From Thermoanaerobaculia bacterium (lineage in GTDB: Bacteria > Acidobacteriota > Thermoanaerobaculia > Multivoradales > JAGPDF01), in the NCBI GenBank assembly GCA_963806165.1, contig CAWDWZ010000003.1:72233-136232 (forward strand): 64,000 nt of DNA, read 5' to 3'. A model generated the notes under the pieces. It had not been told where the DNA came from. It did no database searches and saw only the letters and a list, made by a program, of their open reading frames with translations. Numbering within the stretch: position 1 is the stretch's first letter; each line of letters starts with the position of its first letter. The position numbers and the translations under genes were made by a program. Positions 18,470-29,335 of the stretch are shown one piece after another.

Positions 18470-19891
18470 ATGCCCGAGCTCTCCCGCTGTCGCCCGACCT
18501 GCCGCACACTTGTCGCGCTGTTCACGCTGGCCAGTCCTCTGACCGCGGCCGACGGCGATGTCCTGACGACCGGCGTCGCCGCCTTCGACGTGGGCGGCGG
18601 CCTGACCGACACCGCGAAGGCGGTCGCCGTCCAAGCTGACGGCAAGATCGTGCTCGTCGGAACGGTCAACACCGGGACCAACACCTGGGGGCTGGCGGTC
18701 TCCCGCTCGCTGTCCAACGGGACCCTGGACAGCTCTTTCGGGACGAATGGGCGGGTCGTCAATCCCTTCGGCATTCCCTTCAGTACGTTCGGAAACGCCG
18801 TGGCATTGCTCGCGGACGGTCGTATCCTGGTCGCCGGTAGCCAGGACTGGGGAGGGGGAGATTTCGATTTCCTGATCGGCCGCCTGCTCGCCAACGGACA
18901 GCCCGACATGACCTTCGCGTCCGGGTCGGGGTTCAATCGAGTCGCTTTCAACCGTGGCGGCGATCTGACCGACGAAGTGGCCGCCATGGCCATCGATTCG
19001 AGCGGGCGCATCCTGGTCGCCGGCACGGTCGACACCGGGGCGAGCGACCGCGACTTCGCGGTGACCAGGCTGCTCGCGACCGGCAGCGGCGACAGCACGT
19101 TCGGAATCAACAGCAGGGCGGTCATCGGCTATCCGAACGCCGGCGTCGATGTGGCGCGCGCCGTGACCCTCGATGGTTCGGGCCGGATCCTCGTCGGCGG
19201 CGCGACGCACACCTCCGCGACCTTTGACTGCGCCGTCGTCCGCCTGCTCGATTCCGGAGCTCCTGATACGACGTTTGGAGGGGGCGAAGGCCGCTGGTAT
19301 GCCCTTCACGACGGGGGCAACGACTATGTCAATGCGCTCGCCGTTCAGCCCGACGGCAGGATTCTCCTCGCCGGTGAAGACTGGCTCGCCGCCGGGCTGT
19401 GGGGCTGGATGGTGCAGCGGTTGTTGCCCGATGGCAATTGGGATACGAGCTTCTCGGACGACGGTTTCCAGGGTGGCAACTTCGCCTGTGGCGTGGGGAT
19501 GGGCTGTGACTATCGCGATACGGCCTGGGGCCTCGCGCTCCAGGGCGACGGCAAGATCGTGATCGGCGGTGCCGGCAGGGGTGCGAGCAACATCGACTTC
19601 GGCGCTTCGCGCCTGCATCCCGACGGCACCAGCGACTACACCTTTGGCTTCAACGATTCATTCGTGTACGACGGCACGATGGTGTTCGATTTCAATCACG
19701 GCCTGGGCAGCGACGACGACTACGGCTATGCGCTCGCGCTCGCTCCCGACGGGCGACTCGTCGTAGCCGGCAGCTCGCAGTACAACGGCTTCGACACCGA
19801 CTTCGCCTGGGTGCGGCTCGACAACGCCTACATCTTCGCCGACGGCTTCGAGTGGGGGAGCTCCGCCAGGTGGTCGGCGACGGCGCCCTAG
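18470..19891 (+). CDS. Secreted delta-60-repeat-type beta-propeller protein with a conserved C-terminal tail
   Basis: ATG 18470 is preceded by GGAGGA. Signal peptide [29 protein letters not shown]. Recurring ~55-60-aa units contain DG[KR]I[LV]V[AG]G. Ends [19 protein letters not shown]. Confidence 0.75.
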   Translation: MPELSRCRPTCRTLVALFTLASPLTAADGDVLTTGVAAFDVGGGLTDTAKAVAVQADGKIVLVGTVNTGTNTWGLAVSRSLSNGTLDSSFGTNGRVVNPFGIPFSTFGNAVALLADGRILVAGSQDWGGGDFDFLIGRLLANGQPDMTFASGSGFNRVAFNRGGDLTDEVAAMAIDSSGRILVAGTVDTGASDRDFAVTRLLATGSGDSTFGINSRAVIGYPNAGVDVARAVTLDGSGRILVGGATHTSATFDCAVVRLLDSGAPDTTFGGGEGRWYALHDGGNDYVNALAVQPDGRILLAGEDWLAAGLWGWMVQRLLPDGNWDTSFSDDGFQGGNFACGVGMGCDYRDTAWGLALQGDGKIVIGGAGRGASNIDFGASRLHPDGTSDYTFGFNDSFVYDGTMVFDFNHGLGSDDDYGYALALAPDGRLVVAGSSQYNGFDTDFAWVRLDNAYIFADGFEWGSSARWSATAP

Positions 19892-19940
19892 AGTCCGTGT
19901 CCTTGCGTTGCGCCGCACGCGGCGCTAGCTTTGCTCCGAG

Positions 19941-20567
19941 ATGTCCCAGCCAGCAGGGGCCGTGGGCGAGCCGGGCTCGCCGGGCGATGTCACACGTCTC
20001 CTCGGGGCGTGGGGTGGAGGCGATCGCGCCGCTGCCGACCGGCTCTTCGCTCTGCTTTACGACGAGCTGCGACGCATCGCGCATCGCGCGCTCGCCGATC
20101 AAAGGAACGAAGCGACCCTGCAGACGACCGCCCTCGTCCACGAGCTCTACCTTCGCCTGGTCGGCAGCTTCCGCCCGGCGGACGACGATCGTCGGCGCTT
20201 CTTCGGCGCCGCCGCCAAGGTGATGCGCCGCATCCTGGTCGACCGCGCGCGCGAGCGGCAGGCGGCCAAGCGCGGCTCGGGGCAGCGCCCCGCCGCGCTC
20301 GACGAGTCGGCGCTCGAGGTCAACGGGGCGTTGTTCGAGGAAGTCGGCGTCGAGGCCCAGGCCGCACTGGCGCTGGCGATCGACCAGGCGCTCTCGGCGC
20401 TCGAGCGCCACGACTCTCGCCTGTGCGAGCTCGTCGAGCTGCGTTTCTTCGCCGGCTGCTCGGTCGAGGAGAGCGCCGAGCTCCTGGGCCTCTCCGCGCG
20501 CACCGTCAAGCGCGACTGGCAGAAAGCACGCGCGCTGCTCTCCGACTGGCTGAGCGGAGCCGGCTGA
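19941..20567 (+). CDS. ECF-type RNA polymerase sigma factor (TIGR02999/Sigma70_ECF type, kinase-associated group)
   Basis: 208 aa. Region 2 LVHELYLRL. Region 4 HTH SVEESAELLGLSARTVKRDWQKAR. N-terminal GDVTRLL...G...A...L typical of this subgroup. Immediately followed by a Ser/Thr kinase gene. Confidence 0.9.
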   Translation: MSQPAGAVGEPGSPGDVTRLLGAWGGGDRAAADRLFALLYDELRRIAHRALADQRNEATLQTTALVHELYLRLVGSFRPADDDRRRFFGAAAKVMRRILVDRARERQAAKRGSGQRPAALDESALEVNGALFEEVGVEAQAALALAIDQALSALERHDSRLCELVELRFFAGCSVEESAELLGLSARTVKRDWQKARALLSDWLSGAG

Positions 20568-20574
20568 GGACCCG

Positions 20575-23361
20575 GTGACCGAGCGCGCTGCGGGACCCAG
20601 CGCTTCGCGCGACGCCGCCTGGCCGCAGCTCGCGGCGCTGCTCGATCGCCTGCTCGAGCTCCCCGAAGAGGCGGTGCGCCGCGAGCTCGAGAGTCTGCCG
20701 CCCGAAGACGTGCCGCTCCGTTCTCGCCTCGAAGCGGCGCTCGCCGCGGCGCGCGAGGAGTCCGGACTGCTCGCGCGCCCGGCGGCCGAGAGCTGGGCGC
20801 CGCTCCTGCTCGACGACCCTGCGGCGCCGCCGCCGGCCTTCGCTCCCGGAGCGCGTCTGGGCCCTTGGGAAATCGAGGGCGAGCTCGGCCGCGGTGGCAT
20901 GGGCACGGTCTACGCGGTGCGGCGGGCCGACGGCGCCTACGAACAGCGGGCGGCTCTCAAGCTCCTCGCCGCGAGCACCGACGAACCTGCGGCGCGCGCC
21001 CGCTTCCTGCAGGAGCGCCAGATCCTGGCCCGCCTCGAACATCCGGCGATCGCCCGTCTTCTCGACGGCGGTGTCGCGCCCGACGGGCGCCCCTGGCTCG
21101 CCCTCGAGCGCGTGGACGGCGCGCCGATCACCGCCTTCGCCGACGCCGGGCGCCTCGCGGTCGACGAGCGCCTGCTTCTCTTTGCGGCGGTGCTGGGTGC
21201 GGTCGACTTCGCGCACCGCAATCTCATCGTCCACCGCGATCTGAAGCCCTCGAACATCCTGGTCACCCCAGCGGGCGAGGTGAAGCTGCTCGACTTCGGC
21301 ATCGCGAAGCTCCTCGACCGGGACGAGGACGGCGAGCGCACGCGCACGCGCGCCGGCGCGCCGCTCACTCCGCAGTACGCGGCACCCGAGCAGGTGAGCG
21401 GCGGCGTCGTGACCACCGCGACCGATGTCTACGCCTTGGGCCTGGTGCTCTACGAGCTGCTCTCGGGAGCCCGCCCTTACCGGGTGACGAGCGGCTCGGC
21501 GCTCGCTCTCGAACGCGCGATCCTCGCGACCGACCCCAAGCCGCTGTCGGCCACGGTCCGGGGCGAGACCGGGCTCGCGACGGCGCGGGCGACGACGCCC
21601 GAGCGCCTCGCGCGGCGCCTTTCCGGCGACCTCGACGCGATCGTCGCCAAGGCGATCGCCAAAGAGCCCGCCGAGCGCTATCTCTCGGCCGAGGCGTTGG
21701 CGCGCGACCTCGAGAATCACCTCGCCGGTCTTCCGATCGCGGCGCGGCCGGAGTCGCTCGCCGGCCGGATGCGCAAGTTCGTGCGCCGGCACAAGGTCGG
21801 GGTCGCCGCCACGGGCGCTCTCGCGGCGGCGCTCATCGCCGGGTTGTGCGCTCTCGCCTACGCGCTCGTTCAATCGCGCGGGCGGCTGGCCGAGGCGCGG
21901 CGCGCCGAGGCGATCCAGGTCTTCCTGGTCGACCTCTTCTCCGAGATCGACCCCGAGCGCGCGCAGGGCCGCGAAGTGCCTCTGCGCGAGGTCGTCGATC
22001 GCGGCGCCGCACGGCTCTCGACCGAGCTCCGCGACCAACCGCGCGCGCGCGCCGAGTTGCTGCTCACTCTGGGTACGATCTACCGCCGGCTCGCGCTCTA
22101 CGCGCCCGCCGAAAAACTGCTCGACGAGGCTCTGACCGTCACGCGGCAGGAATATGGCGCCACGAGCCCTGAAGTGGGGCGGGTGCTCTTTGCGCTCGGA
22201 GACCTGCGCTACTGGAAGGATGACTTCGATGGCGCGCTCGCTCGGCAACGCGAGGCGCTCGCGATCTTCGCGGCTCGCGGAGGCGACCTGCGCGCCGAAG
22301 CGGCTTCGGCGCACCTGAACGTCGGCGCGGCGCTGCGCCAGCTCGGACGGCTCGACGAGGCGCTCGCCGAGGAGCGCCAGGCGCTCGCGCTCGAGCGCGA
22401 GCTCCACGGGGAGGCGAGCCTCGATTTCGCCGCCGTCGCGAGCGGCATCGCGCTGACGTTGCACAGCCTGTCACGGGACGAGGAGGCGTTGCCGCTGGGC
22501 GAGCAAGCGCTCGCGGTCTTCCGCTCCGAGCTGGGCGACACGCACCCGAAAGTCGCCGACGCGCGGGAGAACCTGGGCCTGGTGTTGGCGGCGCTCGGGC
22601 GGTACGACGCAGCGGCGGCGCAACTCCGGGAGGTGCTCGTCCTCCGTCTTCGGGTGTTCGGCGACGACCACCCCGAGACGCTCGAGGCGATGAACAGCCT
22701 GGCTTCGGAGGAGGTCGCCGCCGGGCGGTGGGCGGAAGCGCGCGAGCTGCGCGAGCGCGCCGTCGCGCTGGCGAGGCGGCTCTATCCGCAGGCGAGCTCG
22801 TCTCTCGCGACGAACGTCAACAACCTGGGGGTGCTGTGTTATCGGCAGGGAGACTACGTCTGCGCCGAGCGCAGCTTGCGTGAGGCGGTCGAGGCCTGGC
22901 GCCGTTCCTTCGGCGACGCGCACCCGGACACGGTATCCGGGCGCAGCAATCTCGGCATGGCACTGCTCGCCTCAGGTCGGCCGAGGGAGGCGCTGCCCGA
23001 GTTGGAGGCGGCCCTCGCCGAGCGCCGCCGGCGGTTGGGCGACGTCTCGGTCGACGTGGCGCAGTCGCTGCGCAACGTCGGCCTCGCGCGGCTCGCGCTC
23101 GGCGACGAGAGTGGTGCTCGCCAGGCGCTCGACCGAAGCGTCGAGCTCTCGCGGCAGGTCTATTCCCCGCGCCACCCGCGGTTGGCCGAGGCGCTCGTCG
23201 CGCGGGCGAAGCTCGAGCTCGTCGGGCGCCGGCCGGAAGAGGCCCGGCGCGACCTCGAAGAGGCTCTGGCCATTCGCACGGAGAAGCTCGGCGCCGACAG
23301 CCCACTCACCGCCGAGACCCGCACCGAGCTCGCGAAGCTCGGCGCGGCACCCGCGACGTAA
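20575..23361 (+). CDS. Ser/Thr protein kinase with one TM segment and C-terminal TPR repeats
   Basis: 928 aa, GTG start. Kinase motifs GRGGMGTVY, ALK, HRDLKPSNILV, DFGIAK and APE. TM segment VGVAATGALAAALIAGLCALAYALV. Multiple TPR_12-like repeats. Confidence 0.9.
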   Translation: MTERAAGPSASRDAAWPQLAALLDRLLELPEEAVRRELESLPPEDVPLRSRLEAALAAAREESGLLARPAAESWAPLLLDDPAAPPPAFAPGARLGPWEIEGELGRGGMGTVYAVRRADGAYEQRAALKLLAASTDEPAARARFLQERQILARLEHPAIARLLDGGVAPDGRPWLALERVDGAPITAFADAGRLAVDERLLLFAAVLGAVDFAHRNLIVHRDLKPSNILVTPAGEVKLLDFGIAKLLDRDEDGERTRTRAGAPLTPQYAAPEQVSGGVVTTATDVYALGLVLYELLSGARPYRVTSGSALALERAILATDPKPLSATVRGETGLATARATTPERLARRLSGDLDAIVAKAIAKEPAERYLSAEALARDLENHLAGLPIAARPESLAGRMRKFVRRHKVGVAATGALAAALIAGLCALAYALVQSRGRLAEARRAEAIQVFLVDLFSEIDPERAQGREVPLREVVDRGAARLSTELRDQPRARAELLLTLGTIYRRLALYAPAEKLLDEALTVTRQEYGATSPEVGRVLFALGDLRYWKDDFDGALARQREALAIFAARGGDLRAEAASAHLNVGAALRQLGRLDEALAEERQALALERELHGEASLDFAAVASGIALTLHSLSRDEEALPLGEQALAVFRSELGDTHPKVADARENLGLVLAALGRYDAAAAQLREVLVLRLRVFGDDHPETLEAMNSLASEEVAAGRWAEARELRERAVALARRLYPQASSSLATNVNNLGVLCYRQGDYVCAERSLREAVEAWRRSFGDAHPDTVSGRSNLGMALLASGRPREALPELEAALAERRRRLGDVSVDVAQSLRNVGLARLALGDESGARQALDRSVELSRQVYSPRHPRLAEALVARAKLELVGRRPEEARRDLEEALAIRTEKLGADSPLTAETRTELAKLGAAPAT

Positions 23362-23366
23362 CCGCA

Positions 23367-24245
23367 TCATTTCGCGGCCGCGAGGACCACCGTGTGGTAC
23401 GAGAGCCGTCCAGCGCGCAGGAGGTCGTCCTCGGCGTCGAGCAGGCGAGCGACCGCGGCGTCGAAATCGGCTCGCGGCGAGGGTGGGACGCCGTCAGGCC
23501 GGCGCAGATTGGCGTAGATCACCGACAGGAGGTTTCCGCCGTAGTCGCGCTGTTCGAGAATGTCGAATTCACGGGCGATCGCCGGCAGGATGTTGGACGA
23601 GGCCACCGCTTCGGTCGGATCCTCGAGGTTGATCGGCGGCCGGATGCGGCCCACCCTGCGGACGCTGCGCGGCAGGTGATAGTAGTGCCAGTTCCAGCGC
23701 AGCTCGTCGGCGAGCGTCCACTCGTCCCGCGACGGGCCGACGTACTCGTCGAGGTAGAGCAGCCCGCGCGGCTTCAACGCCCGGCGGAGGAGGACCGCGA
23801 GCTCTTCGAGTCGGTCGAAATGGTGGATCGAGGCGTGGAAGAAGATCGCGTCGAGGTCGCGCCGCCGGGGGAGCTCCTCCCAGGCGTCGGCGCAGCAGTA
23901 GGCGATGCGCTCCGCCATGCCGGCCTCCGCGGCCGCCCGCGTCGCCTCGGCGATGCACACCGGCGAGATCTCGATCCCGGTCACGCGATCGACCAGATCG
24001 AGCCGCACGAGATCGCGCTCCAGGTGTCCCATGCCGCAGCCGACGCTCACGGTCTCGCGCAGGCGCGGCATCCCCTGCAGCCGCCCTTTGAGCCAAGTCG
24101 TCGTCCAGGTGTCGGGATCGCCGGAGATGCGCTCGTTGATCCGGGCGCGCGCCAGCGGATGGCTTCCCCAGATCTCCTCGACCCGCGAGTGCGCCGCGAT
24201 CGAATCCCAGTAATTGACCGGCTCACTCACTGCGGGTCTCTCCAC
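23367..24245 (-). CDS. Class I SAM-dependent methyltransferase
   Basis: 292 aa. SAM motif I VSVGCGMGHLE, followed by IEISP and acidic-loop motifs. Confidence 0.8.
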   Translation of the reverse strand: MERPAVSEPVNYWDSIAAHSRVEEIWGSHPLARARINERISGDPDTWTTTWLKGRLQGMPRLRETVSVGCGMGHLERDLVRLDLVDRVTGIEISPVCIAEATRAAAEAGMAERIAYCCADAWEELPRRRDLDAIFFHASIHHFDRLEELAVLLRRALKPRGLLYLDEYVGPSRDEWTLADELRWNWHYYHLPRSVRRVGRIRPPINLEDPTEAVASSNILPAIAREFDILEQRDYGGNLLSVIYANLRRPDGVPPSPRADFDAAVARLLDAEDDLLRAGRLSYHTVVLAAAK

Positions 24246-24419
24246 GATTGTCCGCGACGCCCGGCGGCTCTTTTCAACCTAGCAGATATCCCGACACCCG
24301 CAAACAGATCGTCCGCCGGGCCGGCCTCCGCGCTGCCGTTCCACTTCCGGCGCCGCGGGCTGGAAACTCCCGGCCTTCGCCGTCGGCGACGCGCAGCTGC
24401 GGTATCGTCGCCATCGTCC

Positions 24420-25373
24420 ATGGACAGTCGCGCGCGCTCGATTGCGGTCGTCATCCCAACGTGCAACCGGCGGGCGATTCTGGAGCGCACGCTCGACGCG
24501 CTGGCCGATCAGACGCATCGCGACCTGCATGTGGTCGTCGTGGACGACGGTTCGACGGACGACACCTGGGAGTGGCTCCAGGCGCGCACCGAGAGGGAGA
24601 GGAGCGCGGCGGCGGCCCCGGGGGCGGTGACCGGCGCGGTTCCGCGGCTGTCCATCGCGCGGCAGGAGAACCTGGGACAAGGAGCGGCCCGCAACCACGG
24701 CCTGCGGCTGGTCGGGGGCGGTCTGGTGCTGTTTCTCGGCGACGACGTAATTCCCCGCCGCGAATGCGTCGCCGAGCACCTCAAGGCACATGAAACGGCG
24801 GCCGGGCAGCGTGCCGTGGTCGGATTCATCGACTGGCGCCGCAGCGAGATGAAGGTCACGCCCGCGCTCGAGATGGTCAACCTGGAGGGGCACCAGTTCG
24901 GCTTCGCGCGCATGAAGCCGGAAGCGGAAGTGCCGTTCGCCTGCTTCTATACCTCCAACCTGTCGCTGCCGCGCGACCTCCTGGGCGACGATCCTTTCGA
25001 TCGGAAGTTTTCCTCCTATGGGTGGGAAGACATCGAGCTCGGATACCGCTTGAGCCTCTGCGGCGTGAAGTTGTACTACCATCCGGCGGCGGCGGCGGAG
25101 CATCTGCATCCGATGACGCTCCGCGACCTGTTCCACCGCCAGCGCCTCGTTGGGAGAGGCCTGCGCTCCCTGATGAGCCTCCATCCGAAGCTCGCGAGGA
25201 CGCCGCTCTTCTCGCCGCGCGAGCCGCCCCGCTGGTTCCCTGTCGGCAAGCGCCTGATCCCTCCCCTGGTGCCGCTGCTCTCCGCGGTCGACGGCGCCGG
25301 GTTGCCGCTCGGCAGGAGAGTCCTCCACCGCGTCCTGCTGTGCGCCTACTACCTGGGTCAGGAAGAGAATTGA
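24420..25373 (+). CDS. Glycosyltransferase family 2
   Basis: In-frame part of track ORF 23394..25373, from ATG 24420 (MDSRARSIAVVIPTCNRR). Motifs VVVDDGSTDDT and LGDD (DxD-like). Confidence 0.85.
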   Translation: MDSRARSIAVVIPTCNRRAILERTLDALADQTHRDLHVVVVDDGSTDDTWEWLQARTERERSAAAAPGAVTGAVPRLSIARQENLGQGAARNHGLRLVGGGLVLFLGDDVIPRRECVAEHLKAHETAAGQRAVVGFIDWRRSEMKVTPALEMVNLEGHQFGFARMKPEAEVPFACFYTSNLSLPRDLLGDDPFDRKFSSYGWEDIELGYRLSLCGVKLYYHPAAAAEHLHPMTLRDLFHRQRLVGRGLRSLMSLHPKLARTPLFSPREPPRWFPVGKRLIPPLVPLLSAVDGAGLPLGRRVLHRVLLCAYYLGQEEN

Positions 25374-25383
25374 GCGGGCCCGC

Positions 25384-26682
25384 GTGACGCGAGTCTTGCT
25401 CCTCTGCCCGGAGCCCGGGCGCCCCGCCATGGCCGGTGTGGGCATCCGCTTCTGGGAGATGGCCCGCCACCTGGCCGGGCGGCACGAGATCGTTCTCGGG
25501 ATTCCGAACGAGCCGGAGGAATGCCCGCCGCTCGAAGCAGCGCAGATCGTGCGTTACGACGGCGCCAACCTCGCCGGGCTCTGCCGGACGTCCGAGGCCG
25601 TGGTTCTGCACGGCCATGTCTCCAATCTCTATTTCGAGTGTGGCGAGACCCGTCCGCTGGTGGTGGATCTCTACGACCCGTTCCCGATCGAGAACCTCAA
25701 CTATTTCACCGTGCTCGGCGACCGGCCCTATCGCCACGATCGCGCGACGCTCGCAAGGCAGCTCCGGCAAGGCGATCTCTTCCTGTGCTCCTCGCAGGAA
25801 CAGCGGTTGTTCTATCTCGGAATGCTCTACGCCCTGGGGCGCCTGAATCCGGAGACCTATTTCGCCGATTTCACGCTGGCGAATCTCGTCCGCATGGTCC
25901 CGTTCGGCATCTCTCCGATCGAGCGCGAGCCGCGTCTTCCGGTGCCGCCGCCGCTCCTGCGCGGTGTGGTACCCGGGATCGGCCGCGAGGATCCGATCGT
26001 CTTCTTCGGTGGCATCTACGACTGGTACGACCCGATGCTCCTCGTCCGGGTTCTCCCCGCCCTGATCGCACGATTCCCCGCGCTGCGTGTCGTCTTCTCG
26101 GTGCATCCCAACCTCGAAACGACCCCGCAGGCGACTTACGCGGAGGTGCTGGAGGCCTGCCGCGAGCGCGGCTGGATCGGGCGCCACGTCTTCTTCGTGC
26201 CTTGGGTTCCGGCGCACCAGCGGGCGGGACTTTACGGGGAAGCGACCGTTGCCGTGGTCCTCCATCGAGCGCGCTTCGAAGCCGAGATCTCGATGCGTAC
26301 CCGCGTCCTCGACTTCCTCGGCGCCGGGCTCCCGATCGTGGCTACCGCGGGCGGCGCGACGAGCCGACTGCTCGCGGAAGAGCGCATGGGCCGGGTGGTC
26401 CCCGAGGGCGACGCCGGCGCCCTGACCGAGGCTCTGGTCCCGCTCCTCGCCTCGGCCGACCTCCGTCGCGAGCTCGCCGGGCGCGGCCTCGCCTGGGCGG
26501 CCGGTCACGGCTGGGAGAGGGTGCTCGAGCCGCTCGCGGAGTTCCTCGCCGCGCCGCGCATCGATCCGCACAAGGACCGCTATCCCCCCGGCGCGATCTC
26601 GCCGCCGCTCTCCCCCCGCCGCTTCGGCCGCGCCTTCTGGCGGTCACTCCTGTCCCGGAGCTCTTCGCCTCTTCGACGGTGA
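25384..26682 (+). CDS. Glycosyltransferase, group 1 (GT4-like)
   Basis: 432 aa, GTG start. GT-B layout with a C-terminal E-x7-E-like region (RTRVLDFLGAGLPIVAT). Confidence 0.75.
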   Translation: MTRVLLLCPEPGRPAMAGVGIRFWEMARHLAGRHEIVLGIPNEPEECPPLEAAQIVRYDGANLAGLCRTSEAVVLHGHVSNLYFECGETRPLVVDLYDPFPIENLNYFTVLGDRPYRHDRATLARQLRQGDLFLCSSQEQRLFYLGMLYALGRLNPETYFADFTLANLVRMVPFGISPIEREPRLPVPPPLLRGVVPGIGREDPIVFFGGIYDWYDPMLLVRVLPALIARFPALRVVFSVHPNLETTPQATYAEVLEACRERGWIGRHVFFVPWVPAHQRAGLYGEATVAVVLHRARFEAEISMRTRVLDFLGAGLPIVATAGGATSRLLAEERMGRVVPEGDAGALTEALVPLLASADLRRELAGRGLAWAAGHGWERVLEPLAEFLAAPRIDPHKDRYPPGAISPPLSPRRFGRAFWRSLLSRSSSPLRR

Positions 26683-26696
26683 CGGTTCTTGAACGG

Positions 26697-27242
26697 CTAC
26701 TCTAGCCGCGATCGGTTCGCGAGAATCTCCCGCCATAGCCGGTGCGTGTTGCTCGGGAGCTCGTACAGGAGGGTTCCGACCTCGGCGATGACGGGTCCAC
26801 GATCTTCTGCGGCCAGCAGTTGCGCAATATCCCAAGCGTCCTGTGGGCCGCCAGCGTAGAGCTTGAGCAGGATCAAGTCCGCTGCGCGCGGGACGGCGAT
26901 GCTGATCTCGCCGAGGTCGAAGGCTTCGGCGCGCTCGAGTATGCGCGCCTGCCAGCCGTCCCGGCCTACGATCAGGTCGACGGGCCGCTCGCCTGCAGCG
27001 CTGAAGCGCACGACGCCGGCAAGAGGATCCTCGGCATCTCCGCGCCGGACCTCATAGTGGACCCCTGCAACGGCCAAGGGCGTCCAGAACCCGACGTCGA
27101 GCGACCGAGGATCGGTGGTCAACAGGTCGCGATCCAGAGTCGAGCGGCTTGCTCCACGCAGGGAAAGTGCCTCCGCACCGATCAGCGCGCAGCGGATCTC
27201 CGCGCGCTCGAGTCGCCCCACGACTTCTGCGAGCAGGCTCAT
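26697..27242 (-). CDS. Nucleotidyltransferase-fold protein (AbiEii/DUF6036-like); candidate toxin-type partner
   Basis: Track ORF 26697..27257. ATG 27240-27242 (MSLLAEVV) overlaps the stop of the upstream 72-aa ORF (ATGA). Motifs CALIGAEALSLRG...TLDRDLL and AADLILLKLYAGGPQDAWDI resemble minimal NTase-fold proteins. Confidence 0.55.
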   Translation of the reverse strand: MSLLAEVVGRLERAEIRCALIGAEALSLRGASRSTLDRDLLTTDPRSLDVGFWTPLAVAGVHYEVRRGDAEDPLAGVVRFSAAGERPVDLIVGRDGWQARILERAEAFDLGEISIAVPRAADLILLKLYAGGPQDAWDIAQLLAAEDRGPVIAEVGTLLYELPSNTHRLWREILANRSRLE

Positions 27243-27457
27243 CTGGCTGCAGCGCAACGCGAGGGGCGACGGCCCATCTGGCGGCGGCGAGCGAACTCCT
27301 GGGCGGCCTCGGTTTCGGTCACGCCGTGCGCCAGCGCATACATCGCCGCGGCCTCGTCGCCGAGTCGCTGGGCCAGGCGGAGGCGCTCGAGCGGCGACAG
27401 CGCGCGCTCGGCGCGTCTGTTCTCATCCCGCAACGCGGAAGCCACTTTTGAGATCAC
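27239..27457 (-). CDS. Small helical protein (72 aa), candidate antitoxin-type partner
   Basis: Track ORF. Translationally coupled to the NTase-fold ORF. LSPLERLRLAQRLGDEAAAMYALAHGVTETEAAQEF resembles small companions of NTase-fold genes. No family assigned. Confidence 0.45.
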   Translation of the reverse strand: MISKVASALRDENRRAERALSPLERLRLAQRLGDEAAAMYALAHGVTETEAAQEFARRRQMGRRPSRCAAAR

Positions 27458-27500
27458 GCCGAAAGTATAGCGGGAGAGCCCGCGCGCCGACTCGCCGGCG

Positions 27501-29333
<1,833 letters not shown>

Positions 29334-29335
29334 CG

